DNA of 64,000 bases from an uncultured Spirochaetota bacterium (GCA_963845535.1 CAWJSK010000004.1:1-64000), one strand, 5' to 3'. Shown: positions 27,981-39,228, counted from the first letter of the stretch. Made by a program: numbers and translations. The notes: a model not told the origin generated them from the letters alone.

Positions 27981-28997
27981 ATGAAGAAGTTGCTTATAAT
28001 GGCGGCGCTGGTGCTTTTCGTTGCTTCTGGCGCTTTCGCCCAGACCTACTCTTTCAGCACTTTCCAGAGCGTCTTTCAAAGCTTTGCCTCAGGAGCCGCA
28101 AGCGCTCTTCCCCTTGAGACTTCCGTAGGGCTGAACTGGTCAGACGCCTATATCGGTCAATTCCCCCACTTTCGGGATTGGGCTCACCGTCGGGGCTGCG
28201 ACACTCCCTTACTCTGCAATCTCATCGGCCATTACACAACTTCGGTCCAGGAGGAACCTTCCCTCGAACCTCAGCTTTTTGCAGACCCTGGGAGTTCCGG
28301 TGCCATCATATACAGTGGACCTGAGGATCGGAGGGTTTGTCCTGCCGTTCGACATCGGCCTCAGGTTCGGCTACATCCCTCCGAATGCCTTCAGTTCGCT
28401 TTAGCGGCACGTCGATTGATTATTTGCTCCTTGGCGGGGACGTCCGTTATGCCCTTGTCAAGGATCATGGGTTCGTTCCCGGAATTTCAGTTGGCCTTGG
28501 ATACACGTACATGAGGGGCGACGTGTACATTCCTGGCGTGCTGGGCAATGGCATCAATATCGCCAACGTTTCGTTCGGAGGAAGCAACGCACAACCTTCA
28601 GTTTACAGAACCCTTCCCTCAACATGTTCTGGAACTCGAACGTAATTGACGCCAAGATCCAGGTCAGCAAGTCGCTCTTCATCATCACACCCTACGTCGG
28701 GTTAGGCATGTCATTTGGGATTTCGAACGCGGGCGGGGGCATGCAGTCTCAAATGACTGTAGACGGTAGCGCGGTGACACAAGCCTCCAAATCGATCAGA
28801 TGAACAGCGCCTTCGGCACGAACTTCACCATGCAAAACCAGGGGTTCGGCGTCAGCGCCAGTGCAAACGGATTCTCGACCCGTGTGTTCGGCGGCCTCTC
28901 TTTCAACTTGTTCATCCTCAGGTTCGGCCTCGGAGCGGAGTACGAGTTCCTGAGCAGCACATTTGCAGGGATGATCAGCGCTCACATCCAGTTCTAA
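27981..28997 (+). CDS. Probable outer-membrane beta-barrel protein (several frameshifts)
   Basis: SD AGGAGG, signal peptide AFA-Q, amphipathic beta strands across 3-4 frames, terminal Phe (AHIQF). Confidence 0.65.
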
Positions 28998-29022
28998 AGC
29001 AGAGCGCAGCTTCGCCATGAAA

Positions 29023-29058
29023 TCACCCCGGGTGCGCAGCGCCCCGGGGTGACTTGTT
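29023..29058 (+). terminator. Probable terminator
   Basis: TCACCCCGGG...CCCGGGGTGA followed by CTTGTTT. Confidence 0.65.
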
Positions 29059-29256
29059 TCCGCTCTCCTACGACTTTTGCCGTATTCCGTATACGAAACA
29101 ATTAACCCGATCTTCTAGCTGATCACGGCTCCATCCCGACCTACATTTATGCCCGACAGGGAGGCTGGCAGGCACGAGAGGAGGCACTGGTCATGCTGAG
29201 CGTGAGAAACGGGATGGAAAACGTCCACCCTCAAGGAAGCGTACCGACATCACCTA

Positions 29257-29496
29257 TTGCACGAGGTCTTCGAGGAGCAGGCAGACCTGAATCCCGCGGC
29301 GCCCGCGGTGGTCTCAGCCGACGCGCAGACGAGCTACGCGGCTCTGGACGGCCATTGCGACAAGCTGATTGAGCACATTGTTATGTCCAATGATGCGGAT
29401 ATTCCACGTCTGTTCCATACCTACCCTCCCCGGAGTATTCCTCCCCTCAGCCTGCCCGGTTACGCCGAAAGGACGGATTGCCGGCGCCGGCGCTGA
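29257..29496 (+). pseudogene. Short remnant resembling the start of an NRPS adenylation domain
   Basis: LHEVFEEQADLNPAAPAVV...TSYAALD resembles the A1 region; homology ends after ~35 aa. Confidence 0.45.
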
Positions 29497-29585
29497 TGGA
29501 GGTGACAATTCGGGAACTCCCTGTGGCAGGGCGCAACGCCTTGCCGGCTTTTTCGTTTTCGTGCTTCACTGTTGCGGGTCACAGC

Positions 29586-30827
29586 ATGTTCTCCAGCCGC
29601 ATAGCGAAAAACGCCGCAAACAACAAGCTCACGCTTGCTCTCGAGCAACGGCGAAAGTCCGGCGCGCCCATCCTCGATCTCACGGAATCCAACCCAACGC
29701 GCAGCGACATTCACTATGACGAGCCGTCCATCTCATGCGCTCTCACGCAGCCCGGGATCATGCGCTACGAGCCGCAGCCGCAAGGGCTCCTCAGCGCCCG
29801 GGAAGCGATCTCCGCCTACTACGCTGAGCGCGGAGTTGCCGTGGATCCTGGATCCCTTGTGCTCGCCTCCGGCACGAGCGAGGCGTACGGATACCTATTC
29901 AAGCTGGTTGCCGACCCGGGAAGCGAGATCCTCGTCCCGGTCCCCGGCTATCCGCTCCTGGAAGTCCTCACCACGCTGGAGGCAATGCGGCTCGTCCCTT
30001 ATCGCAACCTCTACGATGAAGGCCGGGGCTGGTCCGTGGACATGGAACGCCTAGCCAACACGGTCAGCAACCGGACACGGGCCATCGTGGTCGTCAGCCC
30101 CAACAACCCCACGGGCGCCTTCCTGAAGCAGGACGAGCTCTCGGGAATTGCAGAGCTGTGCCGGAAGTTCCGCCTTGCCCTCATCATCGACGAGGTGTTC
30201 AGCGACTACGGCCGCGGCTTGGACGCGGATACGGCGGCGGACGCGGGCGCGACGGCCGCCGACGCAGGCCGCGCTCCCGAGCGTGTTGCCAGCGCCGCGG
30301 GTCATGACGGCGCCCTGACGTTTGTGCTCAACGGGTTCTCCAAGATCGTCGGTCTGCCGCAGCTCAAGCTGGCGTGGATCCACGTGAGCGGCCCGGAAGA
30401 TCTGAAGGTCCAGGCATTGGAAGGGCTGGAGTTCATAGCAGACGCCTACCTGTCCGTCTCCACTCCCGTCCAGCTTGCCGCGGGAGCAATCTTGCGGCAG
30501 AGGAAAGCCATCCAGTCTCAAATCCTTGCGCGCCTTTCGGACAACAGCCGCTTCCTCGGGGATGCGCTACGCGTCTCGAATCGCTGCACAATGCTCAAAC
30601 GGGAAGGGGGATGGTACGCGATCATCCGGCTGCCTGATGACGCATCGGATGAAGAGATATGCCTGCGCGGTGTTGAAGAGGACGGCGTCCTTGTGCACCC
30701 CGGCTACTTCTATGATTTCCCCTCCGGCAACCACCTTGTCCTCAGCCTGCTCACGCCGCCTGAGGTCTTTCGCGAAGGAGCGGCAAAGCTCGCCGCCCGG
30801 CTCCGGCGGCAGGAGGGATTGCACTGA
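29586..30827 (+). CDS. PLP-dependent aminotransferase class I/II
   Basis: [36 protein letters not shown]. Confidence 0.92.
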   Translation: MFSSRIAKNAANNKLTLALEQRRKSGAPILDLTESNPTRSDIHYDEPSISCALTQPGIMRYEPQPQGLLSAREAISAYYAERGVAVDPGSLVLASGTSEAYGYLFKLVADPGSEILVPVPGYPLLEVLTTLEAMRLVPYRNLYDEGRGWSVDMERLANTVSNRTRAIVVVSPNNPTGAFLKQDELSGIAELCRKFRLALIIDEVFSDYGRGLDADTAADAGATAADAGRAPERVASAAGHDGALTFVLNGFSKIVGLPQLKLAWIHVSGPEDLKVQALEGLEFIADAYLSVSTPVQLAAGAILRQRKAIQSQILARLSDNSRFLGDALRVSNRCTMLKREGGWYAIIRLPDDASDEEICLRGVEEDGVLVHPGYFYDFPSGNHLVLSLLTPPEVFREGAAKLAARLRRQEGLH

Positions 30828-30862
30828 TTGCAGCCCGGGACGCCGGGCGCTATAGTAGCGGC

Positions 30863-31609
30863 ATGATTCGATTGGTATTGCTGAGACATGGTGAAAGCGT
30901 CTGGAACAAGGAAAACAGGTTCACCGGGTGGACGGACGTAGACCTCTCCGACAAGGGGAGGGCGGAAGCGAAGAGCGCCGGGCAGAAGCTGAAGGCCGAA
31001 GGGTACGTGTTCGACCTTGCGTACACCTCGGTCCTGAAGCGAGCCATCCGAACGCTCTGGATGGCCCTGGAGGAGATGGATCTCATGTGGATCCCCGTCC
31101 TCAACACGTGGCGCCTGAATGAACGCCACTATGGGGCGCTCCAGGGCTTGAACAAGGCGGAGACCGCGGCGAAGTTCGGTGAGGAGCAGGTGCACGAGTG
31201 GCGCAGGAGCTATGACGTGCCGCCTCCAAAGCTGGAAAAGAGTGATCCTCGGCATCCCTCGAATGATCCGCGCTACCGCGACCTTTCGGAGAAGGACCTG
31301 CCGCTCACCGAGTGCCTCAAGGACACGGTTGCGCGCGCGCTTCCGTACTGGCATGAGACCATCGCCCCATCCCTGAAGAAAGGAAAGAAGGTCATCATTG
31401 CCGCGCACGGCAACAGCCTGCGGGCCCTGGTGAAAATGCTGGATTCCATCTCGGACAAGGACATCGCCGGGCTGGACATACCCACGGGCATCCCGCTGAT
31501 CTACGAGCTGGATGACTCGCTCAAGCCGGTCAAGCATTACTACCTCGCTGACCAGGCTGAGCTGGACAAGGCAGTTGCTTCCGTAAAGAGCCAGGGAAAG
31601 GCAAAGTAG
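30863..31609 (+). CDS. gpmA: 2,3-BPG-dependent phosphoglycerate mutase
   Basis: [24 protein letters not shown]. Confidence 0.97.
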   Translation: MIRLVLLRHGESVWNKENRFTGWTDVDLSDKGRAEAKSAGQKLKAEGYVFDLAYTSVLKRAIRTLWMALEEMDLMWIPVLNTWRLNERHYGALQGLNKAETAAKFGEEQVHEWRRSYDVPPPKLEKSDPRHPSNDPRYRDLSEKDLPLTECLKDTVARALPYWHETIAPSLKKGKKVIIAAHGNSLRALVKMLDSISDKDIAGLDIPTGIPLIYELDDSLKPVKHYYLADQAELDKAVASVKSQGKAK

Positions 31610-31654
31610 CGCGGCTGCGCGCGGTTTGCCAGCCAGGCAGCCTGCCCCTATAAG

Positions 31655-31698
31655 AAACGTCGAAAGTGGCAAATTGCTTTCCACTTTCGACGTTTTCA
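31655..31698 (+). terminator. 15-bp inverted repeat, probable gpmA terminator
   Basis: AAACGTCGAAAGTGG-N11-CCACTTTCGACGTTT. Confidence 0.75.
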
Positions 31699-31898
31699 CC
31701 AGGGTTGAGAGGATGCGCTCACCAACGGGCTTGAACCTTTCAGCGGCCTGGCCCGGCTTCGCGTTCCCGCTTCGCAGCTCTCGCGGCCCCTCGGTTGCAT
31801 TGCACCCATCGCATTCCTGATGTCTTGACCTTTTTGTCATCTGTGGACATCATGACCGCGTTGTCCTCATCTGAGACAACACGGGAACAAGTGACAAT

Positions 31899-32606
31899 AT
31901 GCAAATCGACGTCAAGGAAGCCGCGCGGTTGCTCGGCGTGTCCGAGAAAACTGTCTATCGCTGGGTAAAACAGGGCGACCTGCCGGCTTACAGGGTGAAC
32001 GACCTGTATCGCTTCAACCGGGCCGAGCTTCTCGAATGGGCAACGGCAAAGCGCGTCGGCGTTTCCCCCGAGATATTCGGGGACGGAAATGCCGAAGACG
32101 AGCCGCTCCCTGGGCTCGAAGAGGCAATCAAAGCGGGCGGAATCCACTATCGTATTGGCGGCGCAACCAAAGCGGATGTCCTTGCCGCGGTGGTGGAAGT
32201 CATGCGACTTCCGGACGAAGTGGACAGAAAGTTCCTCCTCTCCGTGATCCTTGCCCGCGAATCCCTGGGCTCAACGGGGTTCGGCGGCGGGATTGCAATC
32301 CCCCACGTGCGCAATCCCATCGTGCTTCATATACCGCGGCCCATGATCACGCTCTGCTTCCTGGAAACACCAATCGAGTTCGGCGCAATCGACGGGCTGC
32401 CCGTGCACACTCTGTTCACTCTTGTGAGCCCCACTGTCCGCGCTCACCTGCACCTTCTCTCCCGGCTCACGTACGGCCTGCGCATGGCCCAGTTCCGGGG
32501 TCCCGTGGAAGCGCAGAACACCCGTGAGGCGCTCCTGGCGGGAGCGCACGCCGTGGACCTTGCCGCCGCCCCTCGGACAGCGGCGCCCGGAGGGGCCCAC
32601 AGTTGA
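31899..32606 (+). CDS. Excisionase-like HTH (HTH_17) fused to PTS EIIA (Ntr/Fru-type)
   Basis: VKEAARLLGVSEKTVYRW...YRF; RESLGSTGFGGGIAIPH, FGAIDGLPV. Confidence 0.9.
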   Translation: MQIDVKEAARLLGVSEKTVYRWVKQGDLPAYRVNDLYRFNRAELLEWATAKRVGVSPEIFGDGNAEDEPLPGLEEAIKAGGIHYRIGGATKADVLAAVVEVMRLPDEVDRKFLLSVILARESLGSTGFGGGIAIPHVRNPIVLHIPRPMITLCFLETPIEFGAIDGLPVHTLFTLVSPTVRAHLHLLSRLTYGLRMAQFRGPVEAQNTREALLAGAHAVDLAAAPRTAAPGGAHS

Positions 32607-34645
32607 TCCTCCTGTCCCTCCTCCCTCCCGCCCTCCTGGTCCTTACGGGACTTTGCTCGTTCTTTCTGAGCAGCCGGCCGCGCCTGTCACACGCTCTGGG
32701 AGCGGCGGGCGCGGCGGCGGCAAGCCTGCTCGGCCTCGTGATTACGGCTCTTGCGCTCCTGGGCGGGCGTTGGGAAACGCTCTCCGCGGCGTGGAACACC
32801 ACCGTGGGCGCCTCATTTTCCATCGGCTTTGACGCTTTGAGCGGCTTCTTTCTTCTCCCGATTTACGGCCTGTCCGCGGTTTGCGCGGTCTACGGCTTCG
32901 GTTACCTCCGACATTCCCCCCGGGAGCGCAGCCTCGGGTCTTCGTGGCTTTTCTTCAGCATCCTTGCCGCCAGCATGGCCCTCGTGGTGCTGGCACGAAA
33001 CGCCGTCCTCTTCCTCTTTGCCTGGGAAATCATGTCCCTCTCTTCGTGGGTGCTGGTCACCCACGAGCATGAAAAGGAGGAGACCCGGCAGGCGGGAATC
33101 ACGTACCTCGTAGCAACGCAGATCGGCACCGCCTTCCTCATCGTAATGTTCCTGATCCTCGGCACGGCGGGAAACACGGGGGCGCCCGCGGCCACCCTGG
33201 CAGGCGGCGCCGAGGGAGCGGTGCTGGATTTCTCACGGTTCACCTCCGGGTCGGCGGCGGACATCCTCCCCGTGGCGGGCGTGGTTTTCCTTCTCAGCCT
33301 CATTGGTTTCGGCACGAAGGCGGGGATCGTTCCACTCCACGTCTGGCTCCCCGAGGCGCACCCCGCGGCCCCGTCCCACGTCAGCGCGCTCATGAGCGGC
33401 GTGATGATCAAGACGGGAATCTACGGAATCCTTCGCGTGCTGACTTTCCTGGGCGCGCCGCCGGCGTGGTGGGGATGGACGCTCGTCGGGCTTGGAGCGG
33501 TCTCTGGGATTGCCGGCGTGCTCTTCGCGCTTGCCCAGCACGACATCAAGAAGCTGCTCGCCTACCACAGCGTGGAAAACATCGGGATCATCTGCCTGGG
33601 ACTCGGCGTGGGGTTCCTCGGTGTGAGCTACAACGCACCGGTGGTGGCGGTCCTGGGGTTTCCCGGCGGGCTCTTGCACGTGCTGAACCACGCAATCTTC
33701 AAGGGGCTGCTCTTCCTGGGGGCCGGAGCCGCGGCGCACGCCACGGGCACCCGCGACATGGACCGGCTGGGGGGCCTGCTGAAAAGAATGCCCCTGACGG
33801 GCGTCAGCTTCCTGGTTGCCGCGGCGGCCATCAGCGGCCTTCCGCCTTTGAACGGTTTCGTGAGCGAGCTGTTGATCTTCCTCGGCGCATTCAGCGGGTT
33901 CCCCCTCACCGAGGTCCAGCTTTCCGTTTCAGCGGCGGCAGTGGTGGGGTCACTCGCCCTGATCAGCGGGCTGGCCGCCGCGTGCTTCACGAAGGCTTTC
34001 GGCATCTCCTTCCTGGGTGAGCCGAGGACGCCTGAAGCGGCCGCTGCGCATGAGCCTGGCGTCTCTCTCCTTGCCCCCATGCTCGTCCTGGCCGCGGGGT
34101 GCGCCGCCATTGGCTTGTTGGGACCCTACGCTGTCTCCATGATTTCTCCTCTGGCGGCGCAGATGGCGGGGCTTCCGTCTGAAACCGCGAACGGCCTTCT
34201 TGCGCCGGCGCGCTCCGGACTCCGTGGCGTGGCCCTTGCCGGCGTGGCCATTGCGGCGCTGACCGGGGCGCTGACCCTGGTACGCGTGCTTCTCCAGCGC
34301 AAGCGGCCCGCCATGAGCGCAGGAACGTGGGACTGCGGCTACGTGAAGCCTGACGCTCGGATGCAGTACACCTCCTCCTCTTTCGCGCAGCCGCTTACCG
34401 GCCAGTTCGCCTGGCTCCTGCGGACCGTCCGGCACTGGCGTCCCATCGAGGCGCTTTTTCCCGCCGAGGCAAGCTTCGAAACCGAGACGCCTGACGTTTT
34501 CTCAAAAGGATTTTTCCGTCCCGTTTTTCGCGGAGCGGGGACCGCCCTCTCCCGCCTGGCATGGCTCCAGCACGGGCGGCTGCAGCTGTACGTCCTATAT
34601 CTCGCCGCGGCGCTTCTTGCCCTTCTTGTGTGGAGGCTTAGCTGA
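32603..34645 (+). CDS. hyfB: Ehr/hydrogenase-4 antiporter-like subunit (HyfB-like)
   Basis: WEIMSL, KAGIVPLHVWLPEAHPAAP, LLAYHSVENIG, WDCGY. Confidence 0.88.
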   Translation: MILLSLLPPALLVLTGLCSFFLSSRPRLSHALGAAGAAAASLLGLVITALALLGGRWETLSAAWNTTVGASFSIGFDALSGFFLLPIYGLSAVCAVYGFGYLRHSPRERSLGSSWLFFSILAASMALVVLARNAVLFLFAWEIMSLSSWVLVTHEHEKEETRQAGITYLVATQIGTAFLIVMFLILGTAGNTGAPAATLAGGAEGAVLDFSRFTSGSAADILPVAGVVFLLSLIGFGTKAGIVPLHVWLPEAHPAAPSHVSALMSGVMIKTGIYGILRVLTFLGAPPAWWGWTLVGLGAVSGIAGVLFALAQHDIKKLLAYHSVENIGIICLGLGVGFLGVSYNAPVVAVLGFPGGLLHVLNHAIFKGLLFLGAGAAAHATGTRDMDRLGGLLKRMPLTGVSFLVAAAAISGLPPLNGFVSELLIFLGAFSGFPLTEVQLSVSAAAVVGSLALISGLAAACFTKAFGISFLGEPRTPEAAAAHEPGVSLLAPMLVLAAGCAAIGLLGPYAVSMISPLAAQMAGLPSETANGLLAPARSGLRGVALAGVAIAALTGALTLVRVLLQRKRPAMSAGTWDCGYVKPDARMQYTSSSFAQPLTGQFAWLLRTVRHWRPIEALFPAEASFETETPDVFSKGFFRPVFRGAGTALSRLAWLQHGRLQLYVLYLAAALLALLVWRLS

Positions 34646-34649
34646 CGCC

Positions 34650-35561
34650 ATGGATCAAACAGGCATCTCCGCCTTCCAGCTCGCGCTTTCCCTCCTGCTC
34701 GCTCCGCTTTTGCCCGGCATTATCAACCGGGTCAAGGCCGTCGTGGCGGGCCGGCGCGGACAGCCCTTGCTCCAGGGCTACTACGACATAGCGAAGCTCC
34801 TTTCCAAGGGCTCGGTGTACAGCAGGACGACGAGCTGGGTTTTCCGCGCGGGGCCTTCCCTGGGATGCGCGGCTTCCCTGCTGGCGCTCACGGTCCTGCC
34901 ATGGGGATCAGATGGCAGCCTGGTTTCCTTCGAGGGGGACCTCATCCTCTTTGCCGGCCTTTTCGGGCTCATGCGGTTCTTGACCATCCTGGCGGCGCTG
35001 GACACCGGCTCGGCGTTCGAGGGCATGGGCGCCAGCCGCGAGGCGTGGTTCTCCGCGCTGGCTGAACCGGCGCTCCTCCTCGGGCTTGCCTCCCTTGCCG
35101 GCCGGGCGCAAAGCATTTCCCTGGGAGGGATCCTTGCCGGCCCCGGTCTCGGCGGAGGCCGCGGGGCGGTGGTCCTCCTGGCAGCCGGGGCGGTCTTCAT
35201 CGTTTTTCTCAGTGAGAACGCGCGCATCCCCGTGGATGACCCCACGACCCATCTCGAGCTGACCATGATCCACGAGGTCATGGTGCTGGACCACAGCGGC
35301 GTTGACTTCGCCTACATCCAGTATGGCGCATCACTGAAGCTGTGGGCGCTCGGCGGGTTCCTTGTCGGATTGTTGAGGCCCAGGACCGGCCTGTGGCCGG
35401 CAGACCTGGCCATTGGGCTCGGAGGCATGCTGTGCGTCGGGATTGCCACGGGGGCCGTGGAATCCTTCATTGCCCGGCTGCGCCTGGCCAGGGTCCCCCA
35501 GCTCCTCGTAGCTGCCGTGGCCATGTCCGCCCTGGCGCTGGCGCTTTCCCTGGTGAGGTGA
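34650..35561 (+). CDS. hyfC: NuoH/HyfC-like membrane subunit
   Basis: GRRGQP, FEGMGASRE, ENARIPVDDPTTHLELTMIHE. Confidence 0.88.
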   Translation: MDQTGISAFQLALSLLLAPLLPGIINRVKAVVAGRRGQPLLQGYYDIAKLLSKGSVYSRTTSWVFRAGPSLGCAASLLALTVLPWGSDGSLVSFEGDLILFAGLFGLMRFLTILAALDTGSAFEGMGASREAWFSALAEPALLLGLASLAGRAQSISLGGILAGPGLGGGRGAVVLLAAGAVFIVFLSENARIPVDDPTTHLELTMIHEVMVLDHSGVDFAYIQYGASLKLWALGGFLVGLLRPRTGLWPADLAIGLGGMLCVGIATGAVESFIARLRLARVPQLLVAAVAMSALALALSLVR

Positions 35562-35562
35562 C

Positions 35563-36219
35563 GTGATGACTGTGTGGGTGGAGGGTTTCCTCGTCATTCT
35601 CGTGCTGACCAACCTCTGGCTCCTGGGCTCGAGCCGGCTCCTCTCCTGCATTGCCGTGGTGTCGGTCCAAGGCGTGCTCCTCGGGTTGCTTCCGCTGGTC
35701 ATCAGGATTGACGCGCCGTTGTGGCGGCTCCTGCTGCAGGCAGGGGTAAGCCTCGGCCTCAAGGGGATCATCTTCCCGCTCCTCATGCTGCGGGCGGTCC
35801 GCTCCGTGGACGCCCGGCGTGAAGTGGAGCCGTTGGTGGGATACTCCACTTCGCTCCTCATTGGCGTAGCCCTCCTTGCCGTGTCCCTGTACACCGGCCT
35901 TCGCCTCCCCATCCCGGTCGGAACAACGCCGAGGCTCCTCGTGCCGGCGGCCCTCTTCACCGCGCTCACGGGGCTCTTCGTGATCGTGGGAAGGAGATCG
36001 GCAATCGTGCAAGCCCTGGCCTATCTGGCCATGGAGAACGGGATTGCCGCCTTCGGCATGGCGCTGGCCGAACAGGAACCGCTTCTGGTGGAAATGGGGA
36101 CGCTTCTGGATGCCTTTGTGGCCGTGTTCGTCATGGGGATCACGATCTTCCATATCAACAGGGAGTTTGACCACATCGACTCCGAGAGACTCTCAAGCCT
36201 GAAGGACACCCCGCAATGA
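35563..36219 (+). CDS. hyfE: HyfE-like membrane subunit
   Basis: REVEP, YLAMENGI, HINREFD. Confidence 0.85.
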   Translation: MMTVWVEGFLVILVLTNLWLLGSSRLLSCIAVVSVQGVLLGLLPLVIRIDAPLWRLLLQAGVSLGLKGIIFPLLMLRAVRSVDARREVEPLVGYSTSLLIGVALLAVSLYTGLRLPIPVGTTPRLLVPAALFTALTGLFVIVGRRSAIVQALAYLAMENGIAAFGMALAEQEPLLVEMGTLLDAFVAVFVMGITIFHINREFDHIDSERLSSLKDTPQ

Positions 36220-37673
36220 TCCTCATCCTCATCCTTCTGCCCGCCTGCGCCGCGGTTGCGGCGTTTCTCATCAAGTCGAACCCCGTCCGCCGCGGCCTCC
36301 TGGTGTCGGTATCCGCGCTGCACGCGCTCCTGGTAGGCTGGCTGTGGATCAGCCCTTCGCGCTTCCCGCCCATCAGCGCCTGGCTTGCCGTGGACGCCCT
36401 TGGGCAGGTCTTCCTGGGAATCACGAGCCTGCTTTTCTTTGCAGTGTCCCTGTCCGCCGTGAGCTTTCTTCGAAGCGAAAGCGGCACCACCCGTTCTGAT
36501 CCCGAGGAAGGCTTTCTCTTCGACAACACCCCTGAGGCGCTGTTCACCGCGTGCCTTCTGGGGTTTCTCTCCACCATGACGCTCGTCACCACGAGCCAGC
36601 ACCTCGGCCTCCTCTGGGTTGCAATCGAAGGAACGACGCTCGTGAGCGCCCCGCTCATCCATTACCACCGTCACCACCGCTCCCTGGAAGCGACCTGGAA
36701 ATACCTGCTGGTCTGTTCGGTGGGAATTGCCTTTGCGCTCCTCGGGACGTACTTCCTGGCCGCCGCCGTTCCCGCGGGCGGCATCAACTCCATGACGCTC
36801 AAGGCGCTGATCGATAATGCCTCACGGCTGGACACGCGCTGGCTCAAAGCTGCTTTCCTCCTGCTCCTGGTGGGGTACGGGACCAAGATGGGATTGGCGC
36901 CCATGCACACGTGGCTTCCGGATGCGCACAGCGAGGCGCCGTCAGTTGTTTCCGCGCTCCTCTCCGGGGCGCTCCTCAACTGCGCGTTCCTTGCAATCCT
37001 TCGCATCTTCTCCGTTGTGTCTGCCGCGGGCCTGGGACATTTCGGCAGGGAAACGATCCTCGTCTTCGGGCTCGTCTCGATGGGCGTGGCGGCGGGGCTC
37101 ATCATTGGCCAGCCCGACTACAAGCGGATGCTCGCCTACTCAAGCGTGGAACACATGGGGATACTGTCCGTCGGGATTGGCCTTGGCGGCCTTGGCGACT
37201 GGGGGGCGATTTTCCATGCCGTGAACCACTCCCTCATCAAGGCGTCCCTGTTTCTCCTTGCGGGAAACATCCTGGCGCTCTACGGATCAAAAAGGATCTC
37301 TGACGTGCGCGGCGCGCTGCGCTCCCTCCCCGTGACGGCGGTCCTCTGGGTGGCCGGCTTCTTCGCGATCATGGGAGCTCCCCCTTTCGGCGCGTTTGCA
37401 AGCGAGCTTGCCATCTTGCGCGCCGCCGTGGAGTCAGGGTCATGGCTGGTCGTGGTGATTTTCTCCCTGCTCCTGGCCGCCGTGTTCGCCGGGATGATCA
37501 GCGTGCTCGTGCGCACGGCGCAGGGAGCCGGCACACAAGAACGGATCAAGGAGCCGGCTCTCAGCCTGGCCGCGCCGCTTTCCCTTCTTGCACTCTCCCT
37601 CTTCCTCGGGATTTTCATCCCGGGCTTTCTCGACAGGGCCATCTGGCGCGCCGTCATGCTCCTGGGGGTCTAG
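36216..37673 (+). CDS. hyfF: HyfF-like antiporter subunit
   Basis: WVAIEGTT, SLEATWKY, GYGTKMGLAPMHTWLPDAHSEAP. Confidence 0.88.
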   Translation: MILILILLPACAAVAAFLIKSNPVRRGLLVSVSALHALLVGWLWISPSRFPPISAWLAVDALGQVFLGITSLLFFAVSLSAVSFLRSESGTTRSDPEEGFLFDNTPEALFTACLLGFLSTMTLVTTSQHLGLLWVAIEGTTLVSAPLIHYHRHHRSLEATWKYLLVCSVGIAFALLGTYFLAAAVPAGGINSMTLKALIDNASRLDTRWLKAAFLLLLVGYGTKMGLAPMHTWLPDAHSEAPSVVSALLSGALLNCAFLAILRIFSVVSAAGLGHFGRETILVFGLVSMGVAAGLIIGQPDYKRMLAYSSVEHMGILSVGIGLGGLGDWGAIFHAVNHSLIKASLFLLAGNILALYGSKRISDVRGALRSLPVTAVLWVAGFFAIMGAPPFGAFASELAILRAAVESGSWLVVVIFSLLLAAVFAGMISVLVRTAQGAGTQERIKEPALSLAAPLSLLALSLFLGIFIPGFLDRAIWRAVMLLGV

Positions 37674-37674
37674 C

Positions 37675-39216
37675 GTGAAGGCAAAAAGCGCGGCGGCAGG
37701 CACAGGCCTTGTCCTCCATAACGGCGGGAGTGTCCCTTCTTCACGCATTCCCATTTTCCCCGTTGAGCAGGCGCGCCGGCTGCTGATTGACGGAGTCAGG
37801 GAGGGCGCGGAGATTGCCGCTCTTTACGCCAGGCCGGCGGCTTCGGGCTTCCAGTTGGTTGCCGTCCTCATGGACCGCTCCCAGGGTGAGCTTCGGGTGT
37901 TTTCAACGCGGCTTACCGACACCTGGCCTTCCATCACTCCTGAATGCCCGTGCGCCCACTTGTTCGAAAGGGAGATCGCGGAGCAGTGGAACATCGCGGT
38001 CCCGGGCCATCCGTGGATGAAGCCCGTGCGTTTTGCCACTGCGCTGCCCGGCGCGCTGCCGCGGCCCGTGGACGGCGGAGCGCAGAGCGCCGCCCCCGTC
38101 ATTGGAGATGCAAAGTTCTTCCGCGTTCACGGAGAGGAGATACACGAGGTGGCCGTGGGTCCCGTTCATGCCGGGGTGATCGAGCCGGGGCATTTCCGCT
38201 TCCAGTGCCATGGGGAGACCGTGCTCCATCTGGAGATATCCCTGGGCTACCAGCACAGAGGCATAGAGCGGGCGCTTGCTGGCGGTCCGGATCAGCGTTC
38301 CATCCACTACGCTGAGACGCTTGCGGGGGACACCACCATCGGGCACGCCACGGCGTACTGCGAGGCCCTGGAGGCGTTGAGCGGCAGGGAAGCGCCGCCG
38401 CGCGCCCAGGCGCTGCGGGCTGTTGCCCTCGAGCTGGAGCGGATTGCCAACCACATAGGAGATCTCGGAGCGCTCTCCGGCGATATCGGGTTCCTTCCCA
38501 CCTCGTCGTGGTGCGGCCGCATTCGCGGCGATGTGCTGAACATGAGCGCGCTCCTGTGCGGAAGCCGGTTCGGCCGGGGTCTGGTGCGGCCGGGCGGAGT
38601 AGCCTTCGATGCGGATGACAAGCTCATCGGAGAGCTGAAAGATCGCATCCGGGCCAGCGCGCGCGACTCCACGGGCGCCTGCGAGCTTCTGTGGAAGACG
38701 CCTTCCGTCCTGGCAAGGTTCGAGGGCGCCGGGGCCATCCCCCAGGAGACGGCGCTGGAGATCGGGCTCACCGGTCCGGCCGCGCGTGCGTGCGGAGTGG
38801 AGCGTGACGTGAGAAGTGACATCCCCACCGGGATCTGGCGCTTCACGCAGATCCCGCTTTCCACGTGGCGTACCGGCGACGTCTTTGCCCGCGCGTACGT
38901 TCGATGGCTGGAGGTCCAGAGGTCCTTTGCATTCATCGAGGACCAGCTGGGCGCCTTGCCCTCGGGGGACGTCCGCGTGCAGCTTCCCAAACCGGCCAAG
39001 TCCGCTTTCGCCGTGAGCCTTGTCGAAGGGTGGCGCGGGGCCATCTGCCACGCCGTCATGACGGACGTCGACGGGAGATTCGGCCGGTACAAGGTGGTTG
39101 ACCCTTCTTTCCATGACTGGTTCGGCGTCGCCCTGGCCATGCGCGGCCAGCCGATCTCGGACTTTCCGCTGTGCAACAAGAGCTTCAACTTGTCCTACTG
39201 CGGACATGACTTGTGA
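37675..39216 (+). CDS. Ehr large subunit (NuoCD/HyfG-like) lacking NiFe-binding cysteines
   Basis: VGPVHAGVIEPGHFRF; L1 region ETLAGDT has no CxxC; C-terminus NKSFNLSYCGHDL instead of DPCxxC. Confidence 0.9.
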   Translation: MKAKSAAAGTGLVLHNGGSVPSSRIPIFPVEQARRLLIDGVREGAEIAALYARPAASGFQLVAVLMDRSQGELRVFSTRLTDTWPSITPECPCAHLFEREIAEQWNIAVPGHPWMKPVRFATALPGALPRPVDGGAQSAAPVIGDAKFFRVHGEEIHEVAVGPVHAGVIEPGHFRFQCHGETVLHLEISLGYQHRGIERALAGGPDQRSIHYAETLAGDTTIGHATAYCEALEALSGREAPPRAQALRAVALELERIANHIGDLGALSGDIGFLPTSSWCGRIRGDVLNMSALLCGSRFGRGLVRPGGVAFDADDKLIGELKDRIRASARDSTGACELLWKTPSVLARFEGAGAIPQETALEIGLTGPAARACGVERDVRSDIPTGIWRFTQIPLSTWRTGDVFARAYVRWLEVQRSFAFIEDQLGALPSGDVRVQLPKPAKSAFAVSLVEGWRGAICHAVMTDVDGRFGRYKVVDPSFHDWFGVALAMRGQPISDFPLCNKSFNLSYCGHDL

Positions 39217-39228
39217 GGACGTGAAGGG

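Noticed and set aside
37675..39216. Active [NiFe]-hydrogenase / formate hydrogenlyase
   Set aside because: Both Ni-binding CxxC motifs are absent and no hyp or fdh genes are nearby.
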